Below, piece after piece: positions 50,900 to 59,882 of a stretch of 64,000 nucleotides of DNA. Made by a program: the position numbers and the translations under genes. Position 1 is the first letter of the stretch; every line of letters begins with the position of its first letter. The stretch covers positions 689 through 64,688 of the forward strand of contig CAMBFR010000009.1 in NCBI GenBank assembly GCA_945865815.1, in the 5' to 3' direction. Origin of the DNA: Candidatus Sulfopaludibacter sp. SbA3 (GTDB lineage Bacteria > Acidobacteriota > Terriglobia > 20CM-2-55-15). A model generated the notes under the pieces. It worked only from the letters and a program-made list of their open reading frames with translations, did not search any database and had not been told where the DNA came from.

Positions 50900-53737
50900 C
50901 TAGGACTTGCCCATGAGAACGAAGGGCGCCCAATAGTACGGATGGGGAAAAACAGACTTAACCTCGATCATGGCTTCCCTGAGCGCGCGCGGTTTCGTGA
51001 GACCCTTTTGGAGCCCCTCATAAAAACGCCTCATCAGCTGAGCGGTTGAACGATCGTTGACCGTCCAGAGACTCACAACCAGCGAAGGAGTTCCCGCATA
51101 CAGAAAACCTCTGGCGAGCCCAAGCAGTTCGTCGCCTTCCCAAACTGCGCTCATCCCGGTTTCGCACGCGCTCAACGTAGTGAGGTCGGATCCGAGCTGC
51201 AGGTTGAAGATGTCGAAAAGGTTCAGCCACGTGTCACCAAGGCGAAGTGCGGAAAACATGGGATTATCAGCGCGGAATATGCCGTGCGCGGCGATATGAA
51301 TCTTCCCGGCAGAGGACCCGTACTGCCGGAGCTTGTCCTCAGTCGCGTCTTGGCCGGTAAACACTCGTGCGTTAGGAAGGAGCTCTTTCAGAGCCGCTAC
51401 TTCTTCGTGAATGTATGGCGTCAGTTCGTCGGCCACGGCAAGCACCAGGTCCTTATCGGTCTTCGGCACCCTGCGTTCGCGACATATTTTCAGAACCGAC
51501 GCGCTGGCCGAATACACGATGTCGTGGGTATCTATCAGATAGTTGGTTCCGTCATACAAGGCCTGAAACGGAATGTAGTGAAGCATGTTATGCGGAACGA
51601 TGACGAGCGAACGCGTTCCTATCAAAGCCCGAAGCGGCTCAATGAGCTGGCGATGAAGTTCTGTCAGGTGGTGCTGTATCGCCTTGAGCAGCATGCCGCC
51701 ACGGTGCAGAACGTAGGCCGGCTGCAAGTGAAACTTCGAGAGTTGGAAGGTGATGCCCTTCAACGAAGCGCGCACGTTGGCAGTTGTCGTGAGATCCTTC
51801 ACGACATTGAAATCGTTGCTCCCGACGACGAAAGCGTGAAAGCGATCTCCAACCGCGTAGTATTCGATAAGGACTTCGTCGGGCTGCATCATCTGCTGAG
51901 TCTCTTTGACGCCCGCCAACGGCATGGTCTGCAGAGTTGTCCACCCGGATCGTTCAGATCCGATACCTCTCAACAGTTCTATGAGCTGTTCCTCACGCTT
52001 TATGATTGCGTCCTTGGTTGTGTTGTCGGATAGCGCCGCGCGAGCGGTGGCGCCAACTTCATTCAGGCGTGTATAGAGGATATTGAGCTCCTCGCGGATC
52101 TTACGTATCTCCAGAAGCCGCGGCGATTCCTCGGTGCCGGCATCCCACATCGTTTCGAGGTTTCTTTCGAGCAGGTCAATCAGCGTGCGCGATTTTGATC
52201 GCTCGACAAAATCGAAGGCCTCCGACATCTCGCCCTTGGCCAACTTCAAATTAACGACATTTTCGTAGACCTGATACTTGTCCCTTCCGAAAGACATCCG
52301 CATCTCGTCGAGCCGGATGTTTCCGCGCAGAGACTCCATATCCGCGATCGCCTTCAGGTACAATTCCTGTGCTTCATCAACATTTCCGTCGAGTTCCTTC
52401 AGGCGGCCGAGCGTGTGGTAGCACTGGTATGAAACCCATGGAGCATGAAATCCTTCCAGCTCACCCAGCGCCTTTTGGGCTTCAGCCAGCGCAGCGGCTT
52501 TGTCGTTGAGTTCCTGCCAGCTTTGCGCCGACAGGACGCGCGCATTGGCGGCACGCACCGGCACCTGCTGCTTTTCGAAAATCTCTGCTGAGTGTTGCGC
52601 GAGTTCCTGGGCCTTTGAAAACTGCTGCTGGCGGATAAGCAACTGTGCCCGCCACAAATCCACGACGGCGACCCACAATTCATTCCCTTCCTTGATGAAT
52701 ATCTCGCGCGCTTTCTGAAATGCCTCCGCCGCATCTTTGTCGTTAAGGAGCTTGAATTCAGATATGCCCTGGAACGTGAGACACTTTGCAGCTTCGTAGT
52801 TGTTTGCGAGCCGCTCGAATATCTCAAAGGCGCGGCCGGCAAGCTTTGCCGCATCATCAAAGAGGTTTAACTGCAGGTAGATTTCAGCGCGATCCATGTC
52901 GCAAAGACCGACGCGGCGAACGTCGTTCAATTCGTCGTGCCTCTTTCGTACCTGCTCGAGCATACGAAGCGCTGATGAGTAATTTCCCCGGCTGAAATGC
53001 ATCTGCGAAATACCGCGATCGGCAATGGCCGCCCACATTGCCATGTCGTGCTGCTCGCAATGCTGCTTTGTTGTTTCAAATGATCGCAGCGCTTCATCAA
53101 ACCGATTCATATCGGTCAGCACGTGCGCGCGATTCAGACCAACTGCAGCCTGAGAAATGTAATTTTCCGTGCTCTGGAGAGCCTTCTGGGCATTGTCGTA
53201 GTGTGCAAGCGCCTCGGCATAGCGATTGAGCCGGTAATAAAGATTTCCGAGGGCAATATCGAGAGTCGGCATGTACTGTGTATCGTTGGCCTGTTCGAGC
53301 GCCTCACGTGCCCGCGCGCCAAGTTCGATGGCTTGGTCGTATCGGCTGAGATACATGAGGTTATCCAGCGCGACAACCAGCGTCCGGCCGTACTCCCCGA
53401 TCACACCCGCCTGCTTGAAAAGTTCGGCCGCTCGCTCGAAATGTGGTTGCGCTTCCGCGGATTTCTTCATCGAACTGAGGACTTGCGCCCGCGACCGGAT
53501 GGCCCAGGCCCAGCCGATGGGGGTATTAACAATGGATGCGAGATGGAGGTTGGTTTCGACGAGCGTTTCGGCGAGGGAGAGATCCTTCGGAAAGATTTCG
53601 CGGATTTTGGTGGACAGTTGTTCGACGAGAGCTTCGCTGGGCGAAACGGGGGCTTCCGAGATGAAAGCCCTCTGCTGGGCAGCATCCCGAATCTGGGCGA
53701 GCGCGGCCAGATACTCCTCGGGACTCGAAAAAGTCAC
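50900..53737 (-). CDS. TPR-CHAT caspase-like protease
   Basis: About 500 aa of TPR-like helices, ERSKSR.L.D linker, CHAT motifs IVPH..LHYIPF.AL, HIAAHG (His), LSACETG (Cys), SLW.V.D, HPYYWAPF. Confidence 0.93.
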   Translation of the reverse strand: MTFSSPEEYLAALAQIRDAAQQRAFISEAPVSPSEALVEQLSTKIREIFPKDLSLAETLVETNLHLASIVNTPIGWAWAIRSRAQVLSSMKKSAEAQPHFERAAELFKQAGVIGEYGRTLVVALDNLMYLSRYDQAIELGARAREALEQANDTQYMPTLDIALGNLYYRLNRYAEALAHYDNAQKALQSTENYISQAAVGLNRAHVLTDMNRFDEALRSFETTKQHCEQHDMAMWAAIADRGISQMHFSRGNYSSALRMLEQVRKRHDELNDVRRVGLCDMDRAEIYLQLNLFDDAAKLAGRAFEIFERLANNYEAAKCLTFQGISEFKLLNDKDAAEAFQKAREIFIKEGNELWVAVVDLWRAQLLIRQQQFSKAQELAQHSAEIFEKQQVPVRAANARVLSAQSWQELNDKAAALAEAQKALGELEGFHAPWVSYQCYHTLGRLKELDGNVDEAQELYLKAIADMESLRGNIRLDEMRMSFGRDKYQVYENVVNLKLAKGEMSEAFDFVERSKSRTLIDLLERNLETMWDAGTEESPRLLEIRKIREELNILYTRLNEVGATARAALSDNTTKDAIIKREEQLIELLRGIGSERSGWTTLQTMPLAGVKETQQMMQPDEVLIEYYAVGDRFHAFVVGSNDFNVVKDLTTTANVRASLKGITFQLSKFHLQPAYVLHRGGMLLKAIQHHLTELHRQLIEPLRALIGTRSLVIVPHNMLHYIPFQALYDGTNYLIDTHDIVYSASASVLKICRERRVPKTDKDLVLAVADELTPYIHEEVAALKELLPNARVFTGQDATEDKLRQYGSSAGKIHIAAHGIFRADNPMFSALRLGDTWLNLFDIFNLQLGSDLTTLSACETGMSAVWEGDELLGLARGFLYAGTPSLVVSLWTVNDRSTAQLMRRFYEGLQKGLTKPRALREAMIEVKSVFPHPYYWAPFVLMGKS

Positions 53738-53801
53738 AGTTTGAACGTTTCCTACGTTGGGGTTCGCGCTTCTTCGCGCAGTACAATCTTAGTAGAGCGT
53801 A

Positions 53802-54413
53802 CTAGGAGTTGCCCCGATGTACGCAGAAAAGCGTGATCTGACCCTCAGGCAGGTCAACCGAAAGATGATAGGTGTCTTTCGGTACTTCATCGAACGAAAA
53901 CTCACCAACGACATTTGTTCGAGTTCGATAGCGCACGATCCCGTGGGATTCCAGTTTCACCGGAGTGTCGTCAAAGAACTTGGTGTCGCTGGACAATACC
54001 TGGCCGACAAGTGTAATCCTGTCATTCGCTTCCATGGACTCGATTTTCACGTCCACATCCACGTCACCAGCCTTGAAGAGCAACTGCCGGGGCGGGACGC
54101 CCACGCGGCGAACGCCAGCCAACATAGGCTGGTCAAACGTGTCGTACACTAAGGAAGCAATAAACTTTCTCAGTCTTCCGCCACCCTCTACCTGAAGAAC
54201 CGGTTGGAACAGGTCGACACCCCATTGCACTAACTCGGTGGGTGGTTCGAAAGCGGAGTCTTCCTGAAGGCGAGTCACCAAAATCTGAAATTCCTGCTGA
54301 AGCTCCGTGCATTCCAAGCACACAGAAAGGTGTTCCTTTGCTGCCAAATTCTCGGCGGCTGATGCCTGACCATCCATGTAATTAACTATGTTATCAACAG
54401 TTAGATGATGCAT
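53802..54413 (-). CDS. Soluble zinc-binding (HxxxCxxC) anti-sigma-like protein with a C-terminal beta-sandwich domain
   Basis: GAGGAG RBS then MHHLTVDNIVNYMDG...EHLSVCLEC; no TM; C-terminal 'GQVL...T.TN..GEFSF..VP...Y.L'. Confidence 0.8.
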   Translation of the reverse strand: MHHLTVDNIVNYMDGQASAAENLAAKEHLSVCLECTELQQEFQILVTRLQEDSAFEPPTELVQWGVDLFQPVLQVEGGGRLRKFIASLVYDTFDQPMLAGVRRVGVPPRQLLFKAGDVDVDVKIESMEANDRITLVGQVLSSDTKFFDDTPVKLESHGIVRYRTRTNVVGEFSFDEVPKDTYHLSVDLPEGQITLFCVHRGNS

Positions 54414-54520
54414 TTCGCTTAGCTCCTCATTGGCTTTGTTTAGCTTCAGTGGCTTTCGATGACTTCCATTTCCAAACACTAATGAGTCGTATAGAGTAGC
54501 GAAAAATACAAGAAAACTGG

Positions 54521-55090
54521 CTATGTAATGCCTTTTTGCCTCAAAAGCTTTCGGAGCTTGTCGAGACATCTGGCCCTGGTCGGGCCGATACTGGAAACAG
54601 GCATGGCCATAGCCTGACTGATGGCGTCATAACTCGGCGAACGATTGTCAAAGTACAGCATTTCGATCAGACTTCTGCAGCGTTTTGGAAGTCTCTCAAC
54701 GGCTTCTCTCAAAGTCTGATCCCGTTCGGTCTGGAGCCGGAAATGTTCGACATTTTCCAGCGGATCAACGGGTTCTTCAAATCCATCATTGGAAGTCGTT
54801 TCCCTTGCCCGCTGCGATCGCACGTATATGCACTGACGAGTGGTTGTCGTCACGAGCCAGGCGGGGACCTTCGTGTCATCTTTCAACTCATGCAGGTGCT
54901 CAATGAGTTTCAAACAGACCGCTTGAAAGACGTCGGCAGCGTCGGCTGAAGTGAAGTTGAACCGGACTGGAATGGAGTAAATCAGGCGGCGGTAGCGGAC
55001 GATCAGGGCTTCCCACGCGTGGCCGTCTCCCTTCAGACACAAGGACACGAGTTCCTGATCGGTAAGTGTCTTGTACTTCTGCAAACTCAC
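54521..55090 (-). CDS. ECF-type RNA polymerase sigma factor
   Basis: 'DQELV..CL.GD..AWEALI.RY', 'DAADVFQ', 'WL.TTT.R', region 4 'SYDAIS..MAMPVSSIGPTRARCLDKLR'. Confidence 0.92.
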   Translation of the reverse strand: MSLQKYKTLTDQELVSLCLKGDGHAWEALIVRYRRLIYSIPVRFNFTSADAADVFQAVCLKLIEHLHELKDDTKVPAWLVTTTTRQCIYVRSQRARETTSNDGFEEPVDPLENVEHFRLQTERDQTLREAVERLPKRCRSLIEMLYFDNRSPSYDAISQAMAMPVSSIGPTRARCLDKLRKLLRQKGIT

Positions 55091-55338
55091 TATCTGATCT
55101 TTCTAGATTTCCAAAAGGTGTGCAGCGCGAAGACCAGCATTACCGAGGAAAACAGGATGCTCATCAAAAGCCGCAATGTTCCGCTGTCAGGAGTATCTCG
55201 ATATTTTCGATACTCGTCGACAATGCTTGTGATTCCAATCACCGCGAGAGCCACAAAAAATGTGGCCATGACTTCCAACCAGAGTTGGCGCAGGGAGCGT
55301 ATGGCATCGCCAAAGATTATTCTTAATTTCGCAGCCAT
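55090..55338 (-). CDS. Small two-TM hypothetical membrane protein
   Basis: Two hydrophobic helices and a basic C-terminus. Its stop TAG overlaps the sigma GTG start (TAGTG). Confidence 0.65.
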   Translation of the reverse strand: MAAKLRIIFGDAIRSLRQLWLEVMATFFVALAVIGITSIVDEYRKYRDTPDSGTLRLLMSILFSSVMLVFALHTFWKSRKIR

Positions 55339-55518
55339 CGGAGGTACCCGCCATCCTACACCAGTCAAAAGGTCACAAACGTGCTCGACACATGGTGGCC
55401 GGAATTAGCCTACCATTTTGCCATCACGGCAACGGCTAAATTGTGAATTGACCAAAGGAAAGCCTTCTGCGTACGATGGTCAGTAGAGTCACGTCACCGA
55501 CACAGGAGGACGATCCAT

Positions 55519-55812
55519 TTGGATGACAATCTCAAACACCTGATGAAGGAACTCGGCGCGGCGATCAATGATGCCTTGTCGGAGTCCGAGGAGATCAGTG
55601 AGGCCATCCAAAGTGTTCGCAACGCCGGCTACGACGTCTTTCTCGTTCTCGAAGCCACGATCGGTTTTAACAAGAGATCAAAAGACGAAGGCAGCGATGA
55701 TATAGAGACCGGCGGCCTGAAGCCGGGCGAAATGAAGCTGAAAGTCACCGCGCAGGACCTGAAGTTTCTGCGGTCGCTCAAAATCAGCGTCGAAGATCTG
55801 GATCCGCATTAG
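55519..55812 (+). CDS. Hypothetical small acidic protein
   Basis: AGGAGG RBS, upstream TTGACC-N18-TACGAT, protein-like amphipathic sequence. Confidence 0.75.
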   Translation: MDDNLKHLMKELGAAINDALSESEEISEAIQSVRNAGYDVFLVLEATIGFNKRSKDEGSDDIETGGLKPGEMKLKVTAQDLKFLRSLKISVEDLDPH

Positions 55813-56770
55813 CCCACATCTCCTCCACAACTGCAACCACCGCTCCCACCTCGATCGCCTCGATCGGGTTTGCCCGCAAAAACCTGCTGGCCGCGCCAAT
55901 TGGCCGGAAGTGTTCCGGAAAACCGACGCTGAACAAGCCGAGTGTGGGAACAGACAGGGCCGGTCCGAGATGCATTGGTCCTGTGTCGTTGCTTACGAAT
56001 AACCGGGCAGACGCGATGACCGCAGCAAGTTCGGGAAGGGCCACGTTCGTGATCATCGTAAGACGCTCAGGATTGTGGCTCGCTTGCTGAACTCTTTTCG
56101 CAATACCCTGACTCGCCGGACCAGATATCACCAGAACACTGGCTCCAAACCGGGCGATGGCATGATCCGCCAGCATCGCGAATTTTTCGGGAGGCCACAT
56201 TCTGTCGTTTACGGGAGCATCGATGTACAGGGCGATGCGAGGACCCTGCGGCGCAATTTGGTCAGCCCATTGCCGTAGGCCGTCGGGTACGACAAGCGGA
56301 TGCGCAGGCGCGAGGCTTCCGCCCAATTGCTGAACCACGCGCATAAACATTTCGGACACGTGAAGCTGCTTATCCTCAGAAACCGGCGGCAGATTAAAGC
56401 AAAACGAAAGGTAGGACTCTTTATGGCGTTTCATTGCGAGGCGCTGCTGCGCACCGGAAAGCCACGAGAGCAGGTTTGTTTCACGAAAACTGTGGAAGTC
56501 GATAAGAAGATCGTACTGTTGCCGCCGGAGACCGCGCACCAGACCTATCATTTTCCCCAGAGCGCGCAACCGTGAACGATCACGCATTGCAATGCGATCG
56601 ACGCCGATAACTTCGTCGACAGCCGGACATAACTCGCGCAACGATGCATACCGCTGATCCGTGAGGAGAGTCAGCCGCGCTGAGGGAAAACGAGATTTCA
56701 GGGAGTTCAGCGCCGGAAACAACAGAATGATGTCCCCGAGCCGTGCAAACCGGATGGCAAGAATTTTCAA
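55784..56770 (-). CDS. Glycosyltransferase family 9 (LPS heptosyltransferase-like)
   Basis: KILAIRFARLGDI, WP.EKF, VSNDTGPMHL. Confidence 0.92.
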   Translation of the reverse strand: MKILAIRFARLGDIILLFPALNSLKSRFPSARLTLLTDQRYASLRELCPAVDEVIGVDRIAMRDRSRLRALGKMIGLVRGLRRQQYDLLIDFHSFRETNLLSWLSGAQQRLAMKRHKESYLSFCFNLPPVSEDKQLHVSEMFMRVVQQLGGSLAPAHPLVVPDGLRQWADQIAPQGPRIALYIDAPVNDRMWPPEKFAMLADHAIARFGASVLVISGPASQGIAKRVQQASHNPERLTMITNVALPELAAVIASARLFVSNDTGPMHLGPALSVPTLGLFSVGFPEHFRPIGAASRFLRANPIEAIEVGAVVAVVEEMWANADPDLRR

Positions 56771-56777
56771 GGCGGAT

Positions 56778-57413
56778 TCAAGACGGAATGATTAGCCCGG
56801 CCGGTTGCCCGGCGGCCTGAGCCTGCGTGGCCAGACTTTTCAGCCAGTCCAGATACTGCCGGCTCCTGGGTCGCCCGTTCGAATTGATCTGCGCCGCAAA
56901 CGTCAGAAATTCCATGACTTCCACTGCTTCAGACACTTTCAAAGCGCGCCGGTCCACAGCCTCCTGCGGCTGCATGAGTTCGTCCAGCAATGCCCTGACC
57001 CGCCGAAACAACGACTGCCTCACAGGCCCATCCGGTTGGTTCTCATAATGGATACCGCCGGACAACGTTTTCATTGTGGCAGCCATGGCTTGATAAACCT
57101 CTATAACGTCATTATCTACAAGCCATTGCGAATCCATGTATTCGAAAGCTACTGCGCGGCTCACCACGTCCAGGACGCCGCTGTACTCTCGAAGAAAGGC
57201 ATTATCAAACTTGTGAAGTTTAGCCGCCAGTTCCGGATCCGGTGCTCTTTTCTCCGCTTCGTACGACCTGCCGGCCTTCAGGTGCGTGCAATCGCTGGGG
57301 CAGTCGATCTCGATTTCACGTTTCGTAGCACAGCAAACGGCACAAATCTGGTCTTCCTTAGCTGGGCAGAACCGTTTGGCGGACCGATCCGCACACAAGG
57401 GGCAGGTTGGCAT
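56778..57413 (-). CDS. Hypothetical protein with a Cys-rich N-terminal zinc-binding domain
   Basis: CPLC..RFCPA...ICAVCC...CPSDC.HL, followed by a helical domain. Confidence 0.78.
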   Translation of the reverse strand: MPTCPLCADRSAKRFCPAKEDQICAVCCATKREIEIDCPSDCTHLKAGRSYEAEKRAPDPELAAKLHKFDNAFLREYSGVLDVVSRAVAFEYMDSQWLVDNDVIEVYQAMAATMKTLSGGIHYENQPDGPVRQSLFRRVRALLDELMQPQEAVDRRALKVSEAVEVMEFLTFAAQINSNGRPRSRQYLDWLKSLATQAQAAGQPAGLIIPS

Positions 57414-57464
57414 AAGGCTCAAAAGTATACAATAAAGAGAAGTCGAAGGAAGGTTGGCGGGGCT

Positions 57465-58457
57465 TCAAGCCTGCAGTGACGAACTCTGCAGCGATGTGAT
57501 TGCCGTCACGTCGATAATATCGTCCACTGAGCAACCGCGCGAAAGATCATTTGCTGGTTTTCTAAGACCCTGCAAGATCGGCCCGATGGCCCGGGCTCCC
57601 GCCAAACGTTCGATTAATTTGTAGCTGATATTCCCGGATTGAAGATCTGGAAAGATCAACGTGTTGGCCCGCCCTTTAACCGGGCTTGTGGGCGCCTTGG
57701 ACTGCGCGATTTCCGGTACCAGCGCCGCATCTGCCTGCAATTCTCCATCGACCACCAGACCTGGACTTCGAGCTTGGACAGTGGTGACGGCCTCGCGAAT
57801 ATGATTCAGGATGGTGTGATTTGCGCTTCCTTTCGTCGAGAACGCGAGGAATGCAACGCGGGGCTCGGCCTCAAGAAAGACTCGTGCATTGTGCGCAGCC
57901 GCCAGGGCGATGTCGGCCAGTTGGGCAACGGTTGGGACAGGGATCACCGCGCAGTCGGCAAAAACCAGGATGTTCGACGGGAGGACCATCAGAAAAAAAC
58001 TCGAAACCACGCTCGACTGCGGATCGAGCCCGATGCAGTGAATCGCCGCGCGGACAGTGTCGGCGGTGGTCGTTTCCGCGCCCCCCACGAACCCATCGGC
58101 GTCTCCGGCCCGAACCATCGCGGCGGCGAAATACATGGGGCTTTCCAGTCGCTTTTGCGCCTCAACCTCAGTGATTCCACGGGCCCGCCACTCGGGATAA
58201 AGGAGCCTGACGTAGCGGTCGCGCAGGGATTGCGTCCCCGTGTCTACAATCTCGATCTGAGAAAGACCGATTCCAAGCTCCCGGGCTTTCTTCTCAATCC
58301 CGGCCGGCGATCCCACAAGAACAGGCTTTGCCATGCGCGCTGAAACTGTCTCTGCTGCGGCCTGGAGGATACGCGGGTCGGTTGATTCCGGATAGACGAT
58401 TCGCTTTGGTTCTCTGGCAGCTCGCTCACGGAGCCGAACTACAAAATCACTCTGCAT
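57465..58457 (-). CDS. pta: Phosphate acetyltransferase
   Basis: [50 protein letters not shown]. Confidence 0.94.
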   Translation of the reverse strand: MQSDFVVRLRERAAREPKRIVYPESTDPRILQAAAETVSARMAKPVLVGSPAGIEKKARELGIGLSQIEIVDTGTQSLRDRYVRLLYPEWRARGITEVEAQKRLESPMYFAAAMVRAGDADGFVGGAETTTADTVRAAIHCIGLDPQSSVVSSFFLMVLPSNILVFADCAVIPVPTVAQLADIALAAAHNARVFLEAEPRVAFLAFSTKGSANHTILNHIREAVTTVQARSPGLVVDGELQADAALVPEIAQSKAPTSPVKGRANTLIFPDLQSGNISYKLIERLAGARAIGPILQGLRKPANDLSRGCSVDDIIDVTAITSLQSSSLQA

Positions 58458-58463
58458 CGACTG

Positions 58464-59882
58464 TCACTTTACCGGAACGGGAGGACGCTCACGCTTCTTT
58501 TTGATTTCAATGCCATGGCGTTTGATTTTTTGATTGAGCGTTGAAAGAGGAATCCGGAAGTTGTCCGCCGCCTCAGTCTGACTCCAGCCGGCCTGCTCCA
58601 GCATCTCAATGATGACGCGGCGCTCGAATATGTCCAGGATGTCGAAAAGCGAGCTGTCCTTGCTCAACGTAAATGACGACAGCGTCGCAAACCGCGATGA
58701 AGGCGTCGTAACCGGTTCCGGCAAAAGATCCCTGCCGATCATCTCATCCTGGGACAAGACGACTGCCCGTTCGACAGCATTCTCCAATTCCCGGACATTC
58801 CCGGGCCAATGGTAATCCATCAATACCTTCAGCGCTTCAGAACTGAACCGACACAGTGGCTTGCCATTTTCGTCGCAGTACTTCCTGGTAAAGAACTCCA
58901 CCAGATTAGGGATGTCCTCTTTGCGGTCACGCAGCGGCGGAAGCTGGATGTTGATCACATTCAGGCGGTAATAAAGATCTTCACGAAATCGGCCCTCATC
59001 GACAAGGCGCCTGAGGTCGACGTTGGTTGCCGCAATGATCCGCACATCAACCTTGATATTTTCCACGCCTCCCAGCTTCATGAACTCCCGTTCCTGAATC
59101 ACGCGCAGGAGCTTGGCTTGCGTTTCCACGCTCACAGTACCAATTTCGTCAAAGAAGATTGTTCCCTGGTCCGCGACTTCGAACAAACCCTTCTTTGCGG
59201 AGACCGCACTCGTAAAAGCGCCGCGCAAGTGACCGAACAACGTGCTCTCCAGAAGATCCACCGGCATGCTGCCGCTATTGACTGGAACGAAGGCCTTGTC
59301 TGCGCGCGTGCTTTTCAGATGGATCGCCTTGGCGATGAGTTCCTTGCCCGTACCGCTTTCGCCTTGTATCAGCACCGTACTGCGGCTCGCAGCGATCTGA
59401 GTCACAACATCCAATACTCGGAGGATCTTTTCGCTCTTTCCTATGATGTTGCTGTAACCGAATCTTTCCTTGAGTGCCCGGCGGAGATGCAGGTTTTCAC
59501 TCGTCAGTTGCCGCTGTTTAATTGCGTTAGTAACGATCACGAGCAGTTTCTCGTTATTCCATGGCTTGGTAATGTAATCGAACGAACCCTGCTTGATGGC
59601 GCTGACTGCGGTCTCCAGGGCCCCTATTGCAGTAATGATGACGACCGGCAATGTCGGATCGATCCGTTGGAGATCCTTGAGAACATCCATTCCGGACTTG
59701 CCAGGCAACATAAGATCCAGCATCGCCAGGTCATAGTGGTTTTCTTCGACCTTGCGGATGCCTTCTTCACCGGTCGCGGCGGTATCGGTAGACAAACCCT
59801 CGGACTTCAGAAGGAACTCGATACCCTCTCGGATTTCCTCCTCGTCATCAATGATGAGGACTGATCCCTTTCTCCTAGACAT
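58464..59882 (-). CDS. Sigma54-dependent response regulator (NtrC/AtoC family)
   Basis: REC domain (IIDDE, LDLMLP, KP), GESGTGKE, GAFTSA, FFDEI, FREDLYYRLNV, WPGNVRELEN, HTH. Confidence 0.95.
   Translation of the reverse strand: MSRRKGSVLIIDDEEEIREGIEFLLKSEGLSTDTAATGEEGIRKVEENHYDLAMLDLMLPGKSGMDVLKDLQRIDPTLPVVIITAIGALETAVSAIKQGSFDYITKPWNNEKLLVIVTNAIKQRQLTSENLHLRRALKERFGYSNIIGKSEKILRVLDVVTQIAASRSTVLIQGESGTGKELIAKAIHLKSTRADKAFVPVNSGSMPVDLLESTLFGHLRGAFTSAVSAKKGLFEVADQGTIFFDEIGTVSVETQAKLLRVIQEREFMKLGGVENIKVDVRIIAATNVDLRRLVDEGRFREDLYYRLNVINIQLPPLRDRKEDIPNLVEFFTRKYCDENGKPLCRFSSEALKVLMDYHWPGNVRELENAVERAVVLSQDEMIGRDLLPEPVTTPSSRFATLSSFTLSKDSSLFDILDIFERRVIIEMLEQAGWSQTEAADNFRIPLSTLNQKIKRHGIEIKKKRERPPVPVK

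Noticed and set aside
54414..54569. N-terminal extension of the anti-sigma ORF
   Set aside because: It overlaps the sigma 3' end. The GAGGAG RBS supports ATG 54413, which puts the zinc motif at the usual N-terminal position.
50900..55338. Type III-E CRISPR (Craspase) locus
   Set aside because: No cas7-11 or other cas genes and no repeat-spacer array. Only the protease/sigma logic is shared.
57453..57476. ggcggggcttcaagcctgc at the pta stop as a fifth REP copy
   Set aside because: Only partial similarity, a weak stem and no GTGG foot.
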